DNA from: Eledone cirrhosa
Lineage: Eukaryota
Assembly: GCA_964016885.1 (NCBI GenBank)
Contig: OZ024747.1
Coordinates: 45,446,001-45,510,000 of the forward strand
Direction of reading: 5' to 3'
DNA length: 64,000 bases
How positions within the stretch are numbered: the first letter of the stretch is position 1; each line of letters starts with the position of its first letter. The notes beneath the pieces are model-generated. The model was not told the origin of the DNA. It worked only from the letters and a program-made list of their open reading frames with translations, and searched no databases. Positions 14,590 to 28,762 of this stretch are shown piece after piece. The translations under genes and the position numbers were made by a program.

Positions 14590-14842
14590 GTTCCAATGAA
14601 ACTGGCTGGGCATTGCATCCATCATCCAGAAGAGATGACATCACAACTTGTGCTCTGAAAACCGGCGCTCAGACAAAGAAGCCTTGGAAGACAGGCCATC
14701 TCATTCATTGATACTCTGCTGAGAGATGCCAACATTGATAACATCGATGAACTGAGAAATGTCATGCTCGACTGGGATGATTGGAGAAAGCGTGCTGAAT
14801 CTTTGCGAGTGTAAACTTGGCCGTAGTAGTAGTAGTAGTAGT
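14590..14842 (+). mobile_element. RTE-like LINE 3' fragment with (GTA)n tail
   Basis: KLAGHCIHHPEE..GRQAISFIDTLLRD..DWDDWRKR. Homologous to 59921-60220. Confidence 0.8.
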
Positions 14843-15064
14843 TCAATTATGCCTTGTAGAAGATCAGCAATAGATCATAAGGGTTGTTTGGTGTGTTGTT
14901 AATTTCCCCATTACATCCACATACATACTAAATGTAACCCCCCCCCCCTCTCCTGTAGTTAATTCAAACTAACAAAGCCACCAGCCCTGGTTTAATCCTC
15001 AATTATTCACAAACATTATACTTCCACGTTAAATCCATGTTGCAGCCATGTCTGAGCTATGTCA

Positions 15065-15307
15065 GCATGAGAAAAATCACGATCATGATAATGCTGATGA
15101 ATATTCTACTGTTTCTGTTGTTATAGTTTTTATTAATGATGATTGTGATGATGATAACACTGTTAATGATGAAGGTAATGATAATGGTAGTGATGATTGT
15201 GGTGGTATTGGTGAAACTGATGATGTTGATGATGACAATGATGATGATGATGATGATGATGGTGGTGGTCGTGGTCATGGTGGTGGTGGTGGTGGTCGTC
15301 GTCGTCG

Positions 15308-15338
<31 letters not shown>

Positions 15339-15345
15339 AATGAGT
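15065..15345. repeat. (GAT)n/(GGT)n compound microsatellite
   Basis: Direct read. Confidence 0.9.
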
Positions 15346-17699
15346 CACATGAACATAGCTAATTTCTGCTTTTAACTATGTAGTATTTACAACTACATTT
15401 CTTCTAACATATATGTATATGTACACAGCAATATATTAAAATGTTCCTTTCTTATTGTAAACTTGAAACTTGTAAAAAAGAAATAAAAAATTAAAAACAT
15501 CACACTTAAGCACTTAAAAAGCTCTTAAAACCCCTAGGTTCTGAAATAAATCAGTTTCAAATTCTATGCTATGATGAAACCTTTCATTATTGTATTTCTA
15601 ATGAAATAAACGGCTATGTGTTTCAATTAATTTTGAAAATAACCAAACATTTGGATGAATTTGATAAAATAACTAAGTTCATCAATAGTAGGCTGATATT
15701 TAGAACATTACTCAATAAATATTTCTAAAATAAATTTATGGTGTAAAGTTTTAATATAAGGATAAACATTTTAAAATAAATACCTTGGAATAAAAAATCT
15801 AGGGTTGTTTCAGTTAGGTTGCTATCAAAGATGTTTAAAGGAATCATTTATTTTCTGGAGTTATGCTAACATCCATCCATCAGTCAATGACTATTTTGAC
15901 ACCTGTTACAAACAAACAAATATTCTAAGCATGTACCATGGTTCCAGGTTATAAACAGGTGCATTGATTATTTATTTGAATATGAAAACTATTTTATTCA
16001 TTGAGTCTTCCGTAACAGAGATATGCTCAACTAGAATTATCATTGAATGGTAACTAAATTTACTGCAATGCTGCTTTTATATTTCAATCAATCACTATTA
16101 TCAACACCATCATCCCCCATCCTTCATATTAAACCCCACCATTACAATCCCATCACCACCACTATAATTATCATCATCATTACCATTATCAATATTACTC
16201 TCATTATAATCACTATAATCAAAGACATTATTGCTTGCTCTATACACAAATCACTTCAAACATCTAATCCTATAATCTTGATGAAATTACTTCAACAGTT
16301 ATTGAAATTAATTCCTACTTAGTGTGTTTTGAAAGCCCCCAGTAGACTCCTACTATTTAGCAGTGCATATAAATCTCCAATTAGCATTTTCTGGTGAACA
16401 AAAAGAAAAAGCAATCTGCAATTTTAAAAACATTTGTCTCATTACAAAAAAAAACAAGAAAAACAAAAAAAAACAAGAAAAACAAAAAAAAAAAAACAGT
16501 AAAAATAGAAAATAAAACAAAACAAAGAAATCTACACCATTTCATCAATGGAATCATCGTTTCAATAAGTTCTTACAGATAATCTTTTTTTTCCCTTTTT
16601 TGTTTTTAAATATTTAGTTCTCCTTTGTGGTTTTCCTTTATGAATTGTTCTTGCTTGCAATCACAGTAATTATTAGTAAATCAACAATCCTCCACCAAAT
16701 AAACATATATGATCATTATCTCACATGAATTAGATTTTTCCCCTTTTTGTTATTTTTATTTATTTTGTTTATTTATTTTTCAAAAATCACGTAAATGCAA
16801 GCCTTTCCCTCTTTTGTTTTTTATTTGTTTATTTTATTTTCCCCTTCTTATTTTTCTTTCTCTTCTTTTTATGGAAATGATCATAGATATTAAATAACAA
16901 TTAATCCTTCATTACTACTTATAATTTGATATCACTAATTCTATATCATATGGCTCCTCTCCCACTTTAACTACATTATCATGCAATGAGGAATGTTGGG
17001 GAAGGGAATGGATTACAACACAAAATCCTAATCTCCTTGTATGCAGACAAGAAACTAAAGCAATCAATGAATAATAATTGCCAGCAAATGCATTGCCTAA
17101 GCAATCTAAAGGAAAATTAAGCATTGGAATATTTCTTTTAAAAAATGAATTAAATGAATGCTATTGGAAAAAAGAAACGTTTATTGTTTTTAAAATAAAT
17201 ATGTTATTCTTTTACTGGTTTAACAATTGGACTATGGTCATACTGGGGCATTGATGTCAATGTTTTTATTGACCACAGTATTTGTTTCAGATATTATGAA
17301 AGTAAGAATCAATTTACTTCTCTTTGTCTCTAATATGTCTCTGCAGATAGTCACATGACCAGGCAAGTAAATTTCTTCTAATTTGGACATTCTTCAACCA
17401 GCTCACATTTGGTATTCATTCCAACAGCTACGCAGAAAGTCACTGGATAATGATTTTGCAGATATCTAACTCAATTTGTTTCTCAACCTTACAGTAACCA
17501 TTACAGCAAAATTCAGCCAACCTTAGCTTGATTTGAGCTATTCAGCTAACACAGATTTCGACAAGTTGTATACACATTCGTAATACAGAACATGCACAAG
17601 CAACAAGCCATGCACCATTGTAGCTTATGGAGCTGGAAGTTACAAGCCATTGATGCTTACATTACTTTTACAAGCCACCAGCCAGTTAAATTGCTTTTC

Positions 17700-18262
17700 T
17701 TTGAAAAGCAAGCTTCAGCCTATGAAAATTATTTCTGTTAAAGAGCAGGCTTCAAATGTAGAAAATCTCATCCTTTAGAAAGCAGGCTTCAGCCCATACA
17801 AATTCTTTTGTTTGAGAAAAAGACTTCAACCCACAAAACGTTTGAACACTAAGAAACAATCTTCATGAAAAAAATATTCTCCTTAGAGAAACAGACTTAC
17901 AGGTGTGAATATTTTCCCATTTCTGAAACTGGTCTCAGCCTGTTAAAAAGTTTTACTCAAGATGCAAGTTTCAGCCTGTGAAATTACCTATCTTCAAGAC
18001 GTAGACTTCAGCCTGTATATTGTTTTCTTCTTTGAAAAGGCTTTAGTCTTTGGAAAATGTTTCCAATAAGATGGCTTAACTTGTGAAAATATTTTCATTG
18101 AAGGCTTAAGGCTGTGGATTTTTTTTCAATTTCAAACTACAAAATATTTATTTGAGAAGCTTGTGAATATTACTTCCCTTTATTAGCCTGCTTCAAAATG
18201 TGAAAAACGTTACCTTTAAAGAGTTGGCTTCAGCCGCTGAAAAATTGTAGCCTTTAGAAAGA
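17700..18262 (+). repeat. Ancient degenerate ~37-bp minisatellite (gaaagcaggcttcagcctgtgaaaat..)
   Basis: (g/a)cttca recurs near 17712, 17749, 17786, 17823 and onward at similar spacing. Confidence 0.6.
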
Positions 18263-18789
18263 GGTCATTAACAATTTAATGATAACTTCTCATTTCAAAA
18301 ATTCAAACAAAGTTGTTTCTTGTCGACTTTATGAAATCAGTAATATCCAACAAATTGGCAGTGGCCATATTGACTTAAATAATGTGACTGCGACTTTTGA
18401 TTTTTATCTGAAGACATTAAGGGAGTAATGGATCTAAAGTAACTTAAATTACAAATTGAAACAATTTAAATCTTATGCTACAATGGCTAAAATAGAATAG
18501 CAGATTTTTTATCAACCATGAACTTTACATAAATATTAACTCAAATAGTATTCCCCCTTCTTCTCTCTTCTTTACAATTATCATCATCTTCTTAATGATC
18601 ATAGTGATCAGCATAAGCTAATGAAGAAACAACTGCATGGATACTCCATCTGCTAGAAAGAGCAACCAAATTTGGTCCAGAATAGGCTTGTGGATAAATG
18701 TGCTTGATAAAAAGATGAAATGGTCATGGCTGGACTGAAATAGTTTTGATGATAAGCCTCCTCAATCAAGGTTGATTTCTGGGACCAAA

Positions 18790-18870
18790 CAATAATTGTT
18801 TCTACGTTAGGCACAAGGCCAGCAATTACCCAGTGCATTACTGGTACTTTATTTTATCGACCCCGTAAGG
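18790..18870 (-). mobile_element. SINE family A, 5'-truncated
   Basis: Tail and core only. Confidence 0.85.
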
Positions 18871-21041
18871 AATATAGCTATCACCATGTAAGGATTGTTT
18901 TTGTCATCATTATCACAACTACCATCATCATCACCATCATCCTCCTCATTGATGTTGTTGACAGGCTGAATAGATTAGTCGAGAAAGTATATTACAATAC
19001 TTATCTTAAAACTTTGATCCAGTATTTCAATAATATTCTATTTAGCTTCAAAGTTAATGTTGGAAAACTTTGAAAATGCAACACAAAAAAGAAAGACAAT
19101 GACATTTCATTTCTGAAAAATTTATAGAAAATCCAATTACCAAATGTATTATTTGATGAATATATATTAATATGATAAATTATGCAAGCACATATACTGT
19201 CTCTGCCAGTATTGAATAAACATATATGGAATATATAAAGAAGGAAAGTTTATAACAAATAGAGTCTATCTATCTACGGTTTCTGATTTCATTACAATTT
19301 ATAATAAATGTTGTCACAACAACCCCCAATGTAGAAGTCCTATTTTGTTATATTTTCTGTTATTTAATATCTATGAGATTTCACCTTTGTCGCTAACCAT
19401 GAGAACACATTTTCCCCGATTAATCTTTCCATATATTTATTTGTCATTTTTTTTTAATAAGAAAATAAACCCCAAAACCACAACTGAAGAAATATCTAAT
19501 ATTTGTTTTCTGAAGATATAAAATTCATACTCTATTATTATCATCAATAACGCAATTCTTTCAAATCTCTTGTAAGTGTTATTTTCTCCCTCAGACCCCA
19601 ATTTTAATAACAGATGTATGTCTTGTTCTAATTGTATATATTCTCGCCACATCAATATATTACTCTTTTATTCAATGTCAATTAGGATCTGTCATATACA
19701 TTGATATATAAATTCTTAAATACTGTAGTTTTCCTAATATTTTCTTGTATTTTATTCTCTTCTGACTCAACTAATCTAACTGTAGTCTCAACAATCTGAT
19801 GCTTATTTATATTTCTAATCAGAGCGTTTACATCTGGCAGCTTTTCATATTTTCTTTCATAATAATATTGGAATAAACCTTGGGGTCTGTTGCCATCAAA
19901 TAGATAATCTAGTTATATAAGATTTATATAAACTTTCCTCTTTACTTCTCAATGGAAGAGGTGATGGTATGAAAGTAATTCTTCATTTGTTACCTAATAT
20001 AAAAGGAAATGAAATGGGAAAAGCTGAATGTGCCTGTTCATCATCTTTGTTCTCTGTGACCCATCACTAATAGAACATTCACGAAGCAATATATTAACTT
20101 TAGATTTTTCTACTAATAAATAGTGTATTATATGGATACAATAAACATATGAAAATTCAAATATAAAAGACTATTTATAAATGTATATCTCACAATATTT
20201 GAACATAATCATCTGGTCCTTTATATGGGCCATGATTCAACAGGATTTCAATGTTGTATTTAATTGGTTTTATCTGCTTGAACAAGCACCTGTATTTATT
20301 TCTATATATTGAAATGTAAGCTAATTGCCTACAACCTGACCAAAGCAGGTTCTGCATCAATGCAAACATATATGAAACTGTCACAGCAAATATATGTAAT
20401 GTAAGTTATCATTAAGAAAACTATTTCCATCGTATCCTACTCTTTTTCCATTTTCATATTCTCCACCTCTCCCATTCTTCCTTTTCCTTTCTTAGTCTTC
20501 CTTCTTTTTCTATTTCCTGTTCATAATATGATTGTCATAGCTATTATTAGAATCATAACTTTCAGTTTCTTTTTAGAATGATTTGGATAAACTAAATCAA
20601 TATAAATAATATTTTTATAACTTCTTTTCCCCTCAAAAATATGCTTATTTGCTGTATTATAAAGGAATTGAGAACTCAGAGTATCTGTGAATTATTAATA
20701 ATATTTATACATTTGTAACATGATTGACACATGAATTAATGTGTCAGTTACAAGAAATAGATGGACTATATTTTCCATTCTAGTATTTGCTCCATTTTAT
20801 GCTGTGAGATGTTTTCCAATTGTCATTGGGTACTGATCAATATTAGTCACATTCCAAAAATCTACTTTCCTGATATGAAGCAGCTAGTGATAGAACTAAT
20901 TTGAATTCAGAATGTAAAAGCTCGAATAGATACTGCAAGATATCTTATCTGAGACACCAACAATCCTGCTAATCAACTTGAGAACTTTATCCAAAAAGAA
21001 TGATTGATCTTATCAAGATTTGATGAGAAAACAAGAACAAA

Positions 21042-21260
21042 TAATAATTTCTAATTTATACAAAAACTAGCATTTTAGGGAAGCGAAATTCTATTAAATT
21101 CACCTGAGTACTTTACTGGTACTTTATTTTATGGACCCCAGAAGGATGAAAGTTAAAATTGACCTCCACAGGATTTGATCTCAGAACACAGAAAACCAAG
21201 AACAAATAATGCAAAGGATTTTATGTGACACCTTAGTGATTCTGCTAATATATCACCAAT
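21042..21260 (-). mobile_element. SINE family A, degenerate
   Basis: actggtactttattttatggaccccagaaggatgaaag core. Confidence 0.7.
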
Positions 21261-21393
21261 TGATTATATATTAGGAAACATTACAGACATTAACTAAGCA
21301 TGTAACAAATAAAATACCCTAGATTCCTTTTATCAGGTAAAAGGCTATATATTTTATACATGAGAAATGAGGTGCTCATATTCATTTTCCCAT

Positions 21394-21581
21394 GTGGATC
21401 GGCAGTATTGGTAGAGGGTCGGACGCCATGCTTTGACGTATAGAGTTATGGCCCTTGCCATTCTGAGTTCAAATCCCGCCAAGGTTAACTTTGCCTTTCA
21501 TCCTTACAGGGTCGATAAAATAAAGTACCAGTAATGCACTGGGTAATTGCTGGCCTTGTGCCTAACGTAGAAACAATTATT
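21394..21581 (+). mobile_element. SINE family A
   Basis: Near full-length match to 2996-3183. Confidence 0.9.
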
Positions 21582-21677
21582 TACCTATGTGCAGTGAAAG
21601 ACTTCAATTCTAATTTAAACTGGATCAAGTGATTTCAGCTTACCATTTGTTTTTTGATATACACTACTAATTATTAT

Positions 21678-21998
21678 AATAATTGCTTCTACTTTTGGCA
21701 CAAGGCCAGAAATTATCCCAGTGTATTACTGGTACTTTATTTTATTGACCCATAAGGATGAAAGGCAAAGTTAACCTCAGCGGGATTTGAACTCAGATCA
21801 TAAAGAGCCGTAACTCTTTATTATAACTAATTATTATAATAATTGTTTCTACTATTGGCACAAGGCCAGCAATTACTCCAGTACATTACTGGTACTTTAT
21901 TTTATCGATAAAAGGATAAGGCAAAGTGAACCTCGGCAGGATTCGAACTCACACCATAAAGGGGCCTAACTCTATGCTTCAAAGCATGGCGTCCTACC
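21678..21998 (-). mobile_element. Two tandem SINE family A copies
   Basis: Copies at 21678-21818 and 21838-21998, with duplicated flank actaattattataataatt. Confidence 0.85.
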
Positions 21999-22084
21999 TT
22001 ACAAACATCATGGGACAACCATTTTGTACTAGATTTGTCTGGGACATGGCAATTTTGTATCTTCCTCCCTATCTCTCTGTCTGC

Positions 22085-22126
<42 letters not shown>

Positions 22127-23374
22127 TACATTGTTGGCAAGATTCATGACCATAGGGAGGGGTTGGCATGAATGCCAAATTGAAGATAACGAGTTTGGCT
22201 TTTACACCTGCCTCTCTTCTTCTGAGTACCAAATGCTAAAGCTGGTGCATTAGCACACAAGCTCCTACAATTCTTGCACTTAATTCAATCTCCTTCACTC
22301 ATGACCATAGTCCTGAGATATTCATATTTAGAGTGCATTGTGCAGGCTTCCTTGAGAGGATGAGTGCCTCAGTCTATGCAGCACTGATTTTCATTCCTGC
22401 CAGGCAGTATTCGGCATCAAATCTATTAAGATATACTGTAATGTTTAGTATAGGGGATAATATGCAATTGTCTTTAAAATAAACATTTTGGATTATATAA
22501 GTTATATTTTGGTATATAATGTGTCTAAATTTAGACAGAATGGCCTTAGCTAGAACATTGTAGAGCTAAACAACATCAACTTGTTCTATGTACAAACCAA
22601 TCAGTAATCCTTCTAAAAATAAACTTTAACAAAATTGGACATATTGGATGATATGATATTGGATTAATGAGTAAGAAGGGCTGACCTCGGAAGCTTATCC
22701 TAGGAGGTTATATAACAACAACAATTTTCTCCAAGTATCCATGTAAATGTCCAAAATATATAGGTTAGCTCAGCTCATTCCAGTATGGAGAAATAGATTT
22801 AAAAGCTTTTAAAAGCCATAAATAGATAAATCTATATAAGATATATTTCCATTCTTAAATATATTAACCATGGAATATCAGCTTATGTTATGGAAGATCT
22901 AAAACATGCCTGACTATGGGACTAAGGTTATTGTCAAGATTACACAGTAACAAATGCATTTATTATGTAATCAAATCAGACTTTCATATTCTAAGTGATC
23001 ACATAAAAGCAACTTAAGAAAAAAAACAAACAGAAACAAATCTGTTAAAATGGTAAACATATGCATTTAGAAACATGCCAGCATGTAAAGTAGACTTGAT
23101 GATGATGATGATGACATTTGAAACATTTTAAACACAAGAAATTTAAAATAATATCATATATGAGCATATCATGGTATGAATACAGAATATTTTTTATATT
23201 AAAATGTATTTTGTTTTCAATTGATATTTCAATCTAATTTGTATAGATAAAAAATGTGTTGTGAGTTGAAAAACAACCAAAATAAATTGAATAAATTAAT
23301 TTAAAATAACATGAAAAATCCTTTAATATCTTGTTTGAGATTCTGGCAGATAGAATATATACATAATGATCATA

Positions 23375-24002
23375 ATAACATAACTTATCACTGTGATATA
23401 ACACCATGATAATATATGTTAAACCTATGGTTTAATATCATAATAATATATGTTAACCCTGTGGTATGACATCAAGACAATATATGTTAAATCTATGGTA
23501 TATCATGGTAATATATGTTAAACCTGTGGTATAACATCATGATAATATATCTTGAACTTGTGGTATAACACTATGATAACATATGTTAACCCTGTGATAT
23601 AACATCAAGTTAATATATGTTAACCCTATGTTGTAACATCATGACAATATATGTTAACCCTGAGATATAAGATAATGATAATATAAGTTAACCCTGTGAT
23701 ATAAATAATTGTTTCTACTTTAGGCACAAGGCCAGCAATTACCCAGTGCATTACTGGTACTTTATTTTATCGACCCCGTAAGGATGAAAGGCAAAGTAAA
23801 CCTCGGCAGGATTTGAACTCAGATCGTAAAGGGACGTAACTATGCTGGAAAGCATGGCGTCCGACCCTCTACCGATACTGCCAATCCACCGCCCTGTGAT
23901 ATAAATAATGATGGTATAAGTTAACTCTATGATATAAAATCATGGTGGAATAAGTTAACTCTGAAATATAAGATCATGATTGATATAAGTTAACCCTGTG
24001 AT
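23375..24002 (+). repeat. Degenerate 34-bp minisatellite (tggtataacatcatgataatatatgttaaccctg) interrupted by a SINE
   Basis: aatatatgtt recurs at about 34-bp spacing on both sides of the SINE. Confidence 0.8.
23706..23892 (-). mobile_element. SINE family A, full length
   Basis: Exact TSD ccctgtgatataaataat at 23692-23709 and 23892-23909. Confidence 0.93.
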
Positions 24003-24070
24003 CCCCCAGGACACTAACTTTTAACAGTTGGTTATATAAAAGAAAACTGAAGAAATATTCCAGAATGTAC

Positions 24071-24252
24071 AATAATTGTTTCTACTTTTGGCACAAGGCC
24101 AGCAATTACCCAGTGCATTACTGGTACTTTATTTTATCGACCCCATAAGGATGAAAGGCAAAGTTAACCTCGGCGGGATTTGAACTCAGAATGGCAAGGG
24201 CCATAACTGTATGCGTCAAAGCATGGTGTCCGACCCTCTACCGATACCTCCA
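24071..24252 (-). mobile_element. SINE family A
   Basis: Match to the other family copies. Confidence 0.9.
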
Positions 24253-25109
24253 AATAATATCAACATTACAAATTGAAGAAATATTCTAGAAGTGATATCA
24301 ATATTACAATAAATTTAATGTTCTAACGCTAAGACTAAAACTTGTAATAACTACATAAAAGAGACAATATCTATATAGCAATATTATAAGAATGTTTTTC
24401 TTAAATCCTTATCTACTGAAGTCAAATAATTCTAAGATAATTTTTAATTCAATTTAGTTTTGCAAAAATGACATTTGGATCATATAAGAAGCATTATTAT
24501 TATTTGAAAAATAATATATATGAAAATTGGCATTTTTAAAAATGATATTATTTTTACAGACACATATGTCAAAGAAAAATAATGCTCCTGACAAACATTT
24601 AGCTTAAATTTCAACTAAGAAATATGTCTATGAAATACTTTCAATATCTCCATGATCTTCATGATTATGAGAGATTTAGAAAGATTGAGAATGTATCTTT
24701 CATTATCTCCTTTAATATTTGTTAAAACATTCAATATTTGTTTAAACAATATTTGTCATTTCTCCTTTTACATTTTAACTTTTTAGTTGTGAAAAATTTT
24801 TCATTTATTGCACTTTTAGTTCAATCATATTGTATTTGTAGGTGACCGACCATATTTTAGAGTGCTTATACTGCTGGTTTGCTTATCATTTATTGGAGCA
24901 GAAAATAAAAATAAATATAATCACTCATATATTTTACTTCAAGATGTAAGCTGAAGAATAAACATAAGATAAGATATTATTGTAAGTGACAATAGATTTT
25001 AATACAGAAGGTATGAGTGCAAAAGTTAAAGAAAATATTAACTATAAAGTCTAATGAGCCTCAAAGCATTTTTCAATCATAAAATTTATCCAGTGCTGAA
25101 AGAAATCTT

Positions 25110-25400
25110 GTGATCCTTCTTGGGTGTCCATCGTGAACGATGAGACATCTTCTGTAATTTAGTTCCCGTCTGCCGTGGGCACGAAGGGGATTGTGGAGGC
25201 CGATCCTTGACTTGCAGGTCCAGGGACAGTGTGGGCAGGGGAAGAGACCGGAGTCGTTTGGGGCAGCTGTTGATGCCTTTCTCCTCCTTTCACGGGCCTC
25301 AGTGACCTCTGCCCATCTCCTCTTGGTGCGTCTGGAAAGGGCTCGCCACTCTGTCCTGTCCTAAGCATGGGACTCAAGTTGTTTTGGGACGATTCCAGGA
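25110..25400 (-). mobile_element. RTE LINE 3' fragment with C2H2-like finger
   Basis: Minus frame reads GIVPKQLESHA*DRTEWRAL..FPCPHCPWTCKSRIGLHNPLRAH. Confidence 0.85.
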
Positions 25401-26335
25401 TTGCACTGATCACTTCCTTTCTCTGCCATTCTCTGTCAAGATTACTGACATCTTTGGCTCCCGAACTGATATTTTTCTCTGCAAAATTTTGTGGTACCAT
25501 GCTATGTAATGTATTTTTTGTTTGCTTCTGTCTATTACATAAACAGCAAAATACAAAACAATCCATTTACATAGAGATTTTAAGAACACCTTAAATGTTT
25601 GTTTGAGAAAACTGATGCTGTTAGCAAGCAATTATCACTTCTGTACGATTGAATCCTTTGAAAAGATTACAGCTGATCTATGTTTAGGTGAACATTCATG
25701 CTGTCTGCTCATATTAACTTTAACAATCATTCAAGCCTGGTAATTGATATTTTAAATGCTGTAACTACACGAATATGCAAGAAAACGTGTCAGTAATTGA
25801 TCTAGATTCGTCCGTATTGTCAAGTAAGCAACCCAACATTAATGAGCTCTATTCAGTTGAGAAATTGCATTTTCTCTTCTTTCTGCAGCATTACATGAGA
25901 AAAATAAATAAACTAGAACCAAATATCAATAATATTTTCTTACATGCTTTCTTCTCAATAGTGTGTATTGAGCAAACACTAATAAATCAATCTCATGTTA
26001 CAGGGTAATCCACTAATATACCACCTTTTTAATTATATAACACTATACTGAATAAGGGAGTTTTTATGAGTACTATATGATTTACTAGCAATAGCAGACA
26101 AATATGACTCAAATTATAAATTTTATTTTTATAGAGAAACGATCATATTAGATAATGAAATCTTAGTTTCCCCTAAAATGATGAGATGGATACAGCTGAA
26201 ATGGTTTTGATCATAGGTTTGCTTGATCAAATAATTTATAAATAATTTATTAATATAGTTGTCTGTGGCTATTGATAATGTATAATGTATTGATATAGCA
26301 GTATTAATGTATCAATATATATATATATATATATA

Positions 26336-26520
26336 TTATTAAAATAACAGATTAAAGTTTAAGCAAAGAATCGCTGCTTTCACCCTTAATGGGACCGATT
26401 CTTTGCTTAAACTTTAATCTGTTATTTTAATAAAATATTTGCTTTACGGTTCTTATATATTTCATATATATTTATCCTTATCAGCCCTCTTTGGATTTTA
26501 GTCTTCAAATTTATTTTTAT
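26336..26520 (+). mobile_element. Hairpin repeat, probable Penelope-like terminus (same family as 41826-42039)
   Basis: Inverted arms aaaataacagattaaagtttaagcaaagaatcg / cgattctttgcttaaactttaatctgttatttt. The flank is the reverse complement of 41826-41910. Confidence 0.7.
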
Positions 26521-26629
26521 TACTATATATATATATATATATTGTTATACTTGGGGAGGTCATATTTGTGTAATAATATTGCCAGAATTAATAACAGAAC
26601 ACACTCACTGTTTGGTTGGTTTTTGCTTA

Positions 26630-27150
26630 TATATATATGATGGCTGCAAACTCTACTAAGAGTATTGCAATTGCTTGTCAGATTACAGAAAATGGTGCAC
26701 TTTTAGGCTATGGCCAGTCACACGAACCTGTAACATAACCTGAACAAGCAATACCCGTGCTTTGAAAGTGTTTTAAGTGGGGAAAGGCCTTGTACTGGAC
26801 CAATCCCACTCTCTGAGCATCGAAAACTACCTGAAAAGGAGAACTGGTCAACATCATCGGATGCTTCCAAGGCTGCATGTTTTTTTCAGAGTTTCCCTCT
26901 CTTAGAAAGGTGTTGTGACAACAACTGGGGGTCTTTCACTCCCAGGTAAAAAAAAAAGTACTATTTGGATGGCCGTTGACTCTGCTGAGTTTCTCCGCCC
27001 TTCGCCGGGTCTTGTATTTCATCCCGCAGGGTGTCCAAATATCACCCTCCTCACCAAGCTTGGTGGGGTTGCCAGTTTAGTCGCCAATGACCCGACCATG
27101 AGACAGGTTGTACTGGGTTACATGTTATCAATAGCTCTCGAGAGCGACCT
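26630..27150 (-). mobile_element. Short non-coding RTE-related element in TA/CA microsatellite
   Basis: 3' end gcaatactcttagtagagtttgcagccatcatata resembles the RTE 3' end gccgtactcgaaaacgagttggcagccaccatata at 62100-62135. GC-rich body, no RT ORF. Confidence 0.55.
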
Positions 27151-27151
27151 G

Positions 27152-27190
<39 letters not shown>

Positions 27191-28464
27191 CACATATTTG
27201 CTACTATGTATCTCAAGTAGCATGTTATACTATGGATATTAACTCAGTGCAGTTATATGTAATTATCAATAAGGTGAGAAAATAATATAACAGACAATAT
27301 ATGTCTTATTATTTCAATGTTTAACTGTATAGACTGATGAAGTGACAAATACATTTGGATGTTTAGCCAGACATATAGTGAGGCAGACAGATATTTAGAC
27401 AGATTGATTGGAAGAGAGATAGATTTATAGATATACAAAAAGCAGGAAGTACTATGTAGACAGCCAGGCAAACAGATAGACAGACTAACAGGTAAATAGG
27501 TTGACGGTTAGAGGGTACGAGAGGGAGTATATACATAGATAGGTGAAATGATGGATGCATAGTTGGAGAGAATAACCTGACAGATTTGCAGAATAAATAG
27601 TACCGTAAATTAAAATGTAGATGTATAGATACAAAGATTGAATAGTATGACAGAATCACACAATAGCAGAGTAGATTCTATCTCTAATCCGGGATGCCAT
27701 GTGCTGCAAAACATTCTCCACTTCTAACCTTGTCATTTTGGCTTTAAACAAAGACATTGCTGAATGTAACATGGAGGGGGAAGATAACCAAATTCCAGGA
27801 TTGCACTGATCACTTCCTTTCTCTGCCATTCTGTCAAGATCACTGGCATCTTTGGCTCCCGAACTGATATTTTTCTCTGAAAAATCAAGAGGAGTGCATC
27901 CTACCCAAGGGAAGACCCATGATGTAGAGTAACTGCAGGGATTGCTGGGTGTTTTCTGCTGCAATACCTTCACCATTTTGTATTCGAGGCTCAGCTGAAA
28001 TATACCACCTTGGCTGGGTTGTAATGTCTGCTGCTTTTTCATCACTTTCACTAATACATTTTTCTTCTTTTTTCCCATTTTTTAAAATATGCAAATGTTG
28101 ATGAATTGTAAATTTCTTTCAATTATCTTTAAAAATTTACTAACTTAAAATAAAATTTAAATTAAATCAATAAATGTAGAATGTTCACCCTGTTGCTGTA
28201 TAGGTTATTATTGTTCAATCACGTATGCTTTTGAGGTCATATTTTCAGATTAAATAACCCTATCATGTTGACCTTGGCAGGATTTGAATTCAGAATGCAT
28301 AGAATTGGAACAAATACCACTAGGTATTTAATATGAAGCTCCAATGTCTCTGCCAGCTCACTGCCTACAGTTGTTGTTATTTAGCTTCTATGAGGTAATG
28401 TTACTTGATAGAGTGTGTAGCTCAGAGATCAGACAGTCATTCTAGATAGAACCGGTACTTCTCT

Positions 28465-28762
28465 GAATTGAGAGATCACAGCTATGATACTAGGGGCATG
28501 TGGTTAAAATATTTCAGGAAAGAATTACTGGACAGATTTTACAGGCAAAACTAGTCAGCTGGAGACCGAGGGGATAGACCTGAGCAAGATGGCTGGATAA
28601 GATCTATTAACTTGACTGGTCTCACTTGGGGATCCAGCCACATCAGTTGGAGATGGTTGCTCATGATAGAACCCGTTGGAAGGAGTGTTTGAGGACTCTG
28701 CCCCTAAGACCTCCTCCCTCGGGAATAAGTGGGTGAAGAAGAAGAAGAAGAAGAAGAAGAAG
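28465..28762 (+). mobile_element. RTE-like LINE 3' fragment with (GAA)n tail
   Basis: Paralog of 1290-1580, ends gaagaagaagaa. Confidence 0.75.

Noticed and set aside
19430-20100. Possible decayed coding sequence on the minus strand
   Set aside because: No diagnostic motifs could be recognised.
27656-28078. 140-aa ORF as a host gene
   Set aside because: No recognisable domain, and part of it is duplicated at 25392-25481 with a frameshifting indel.
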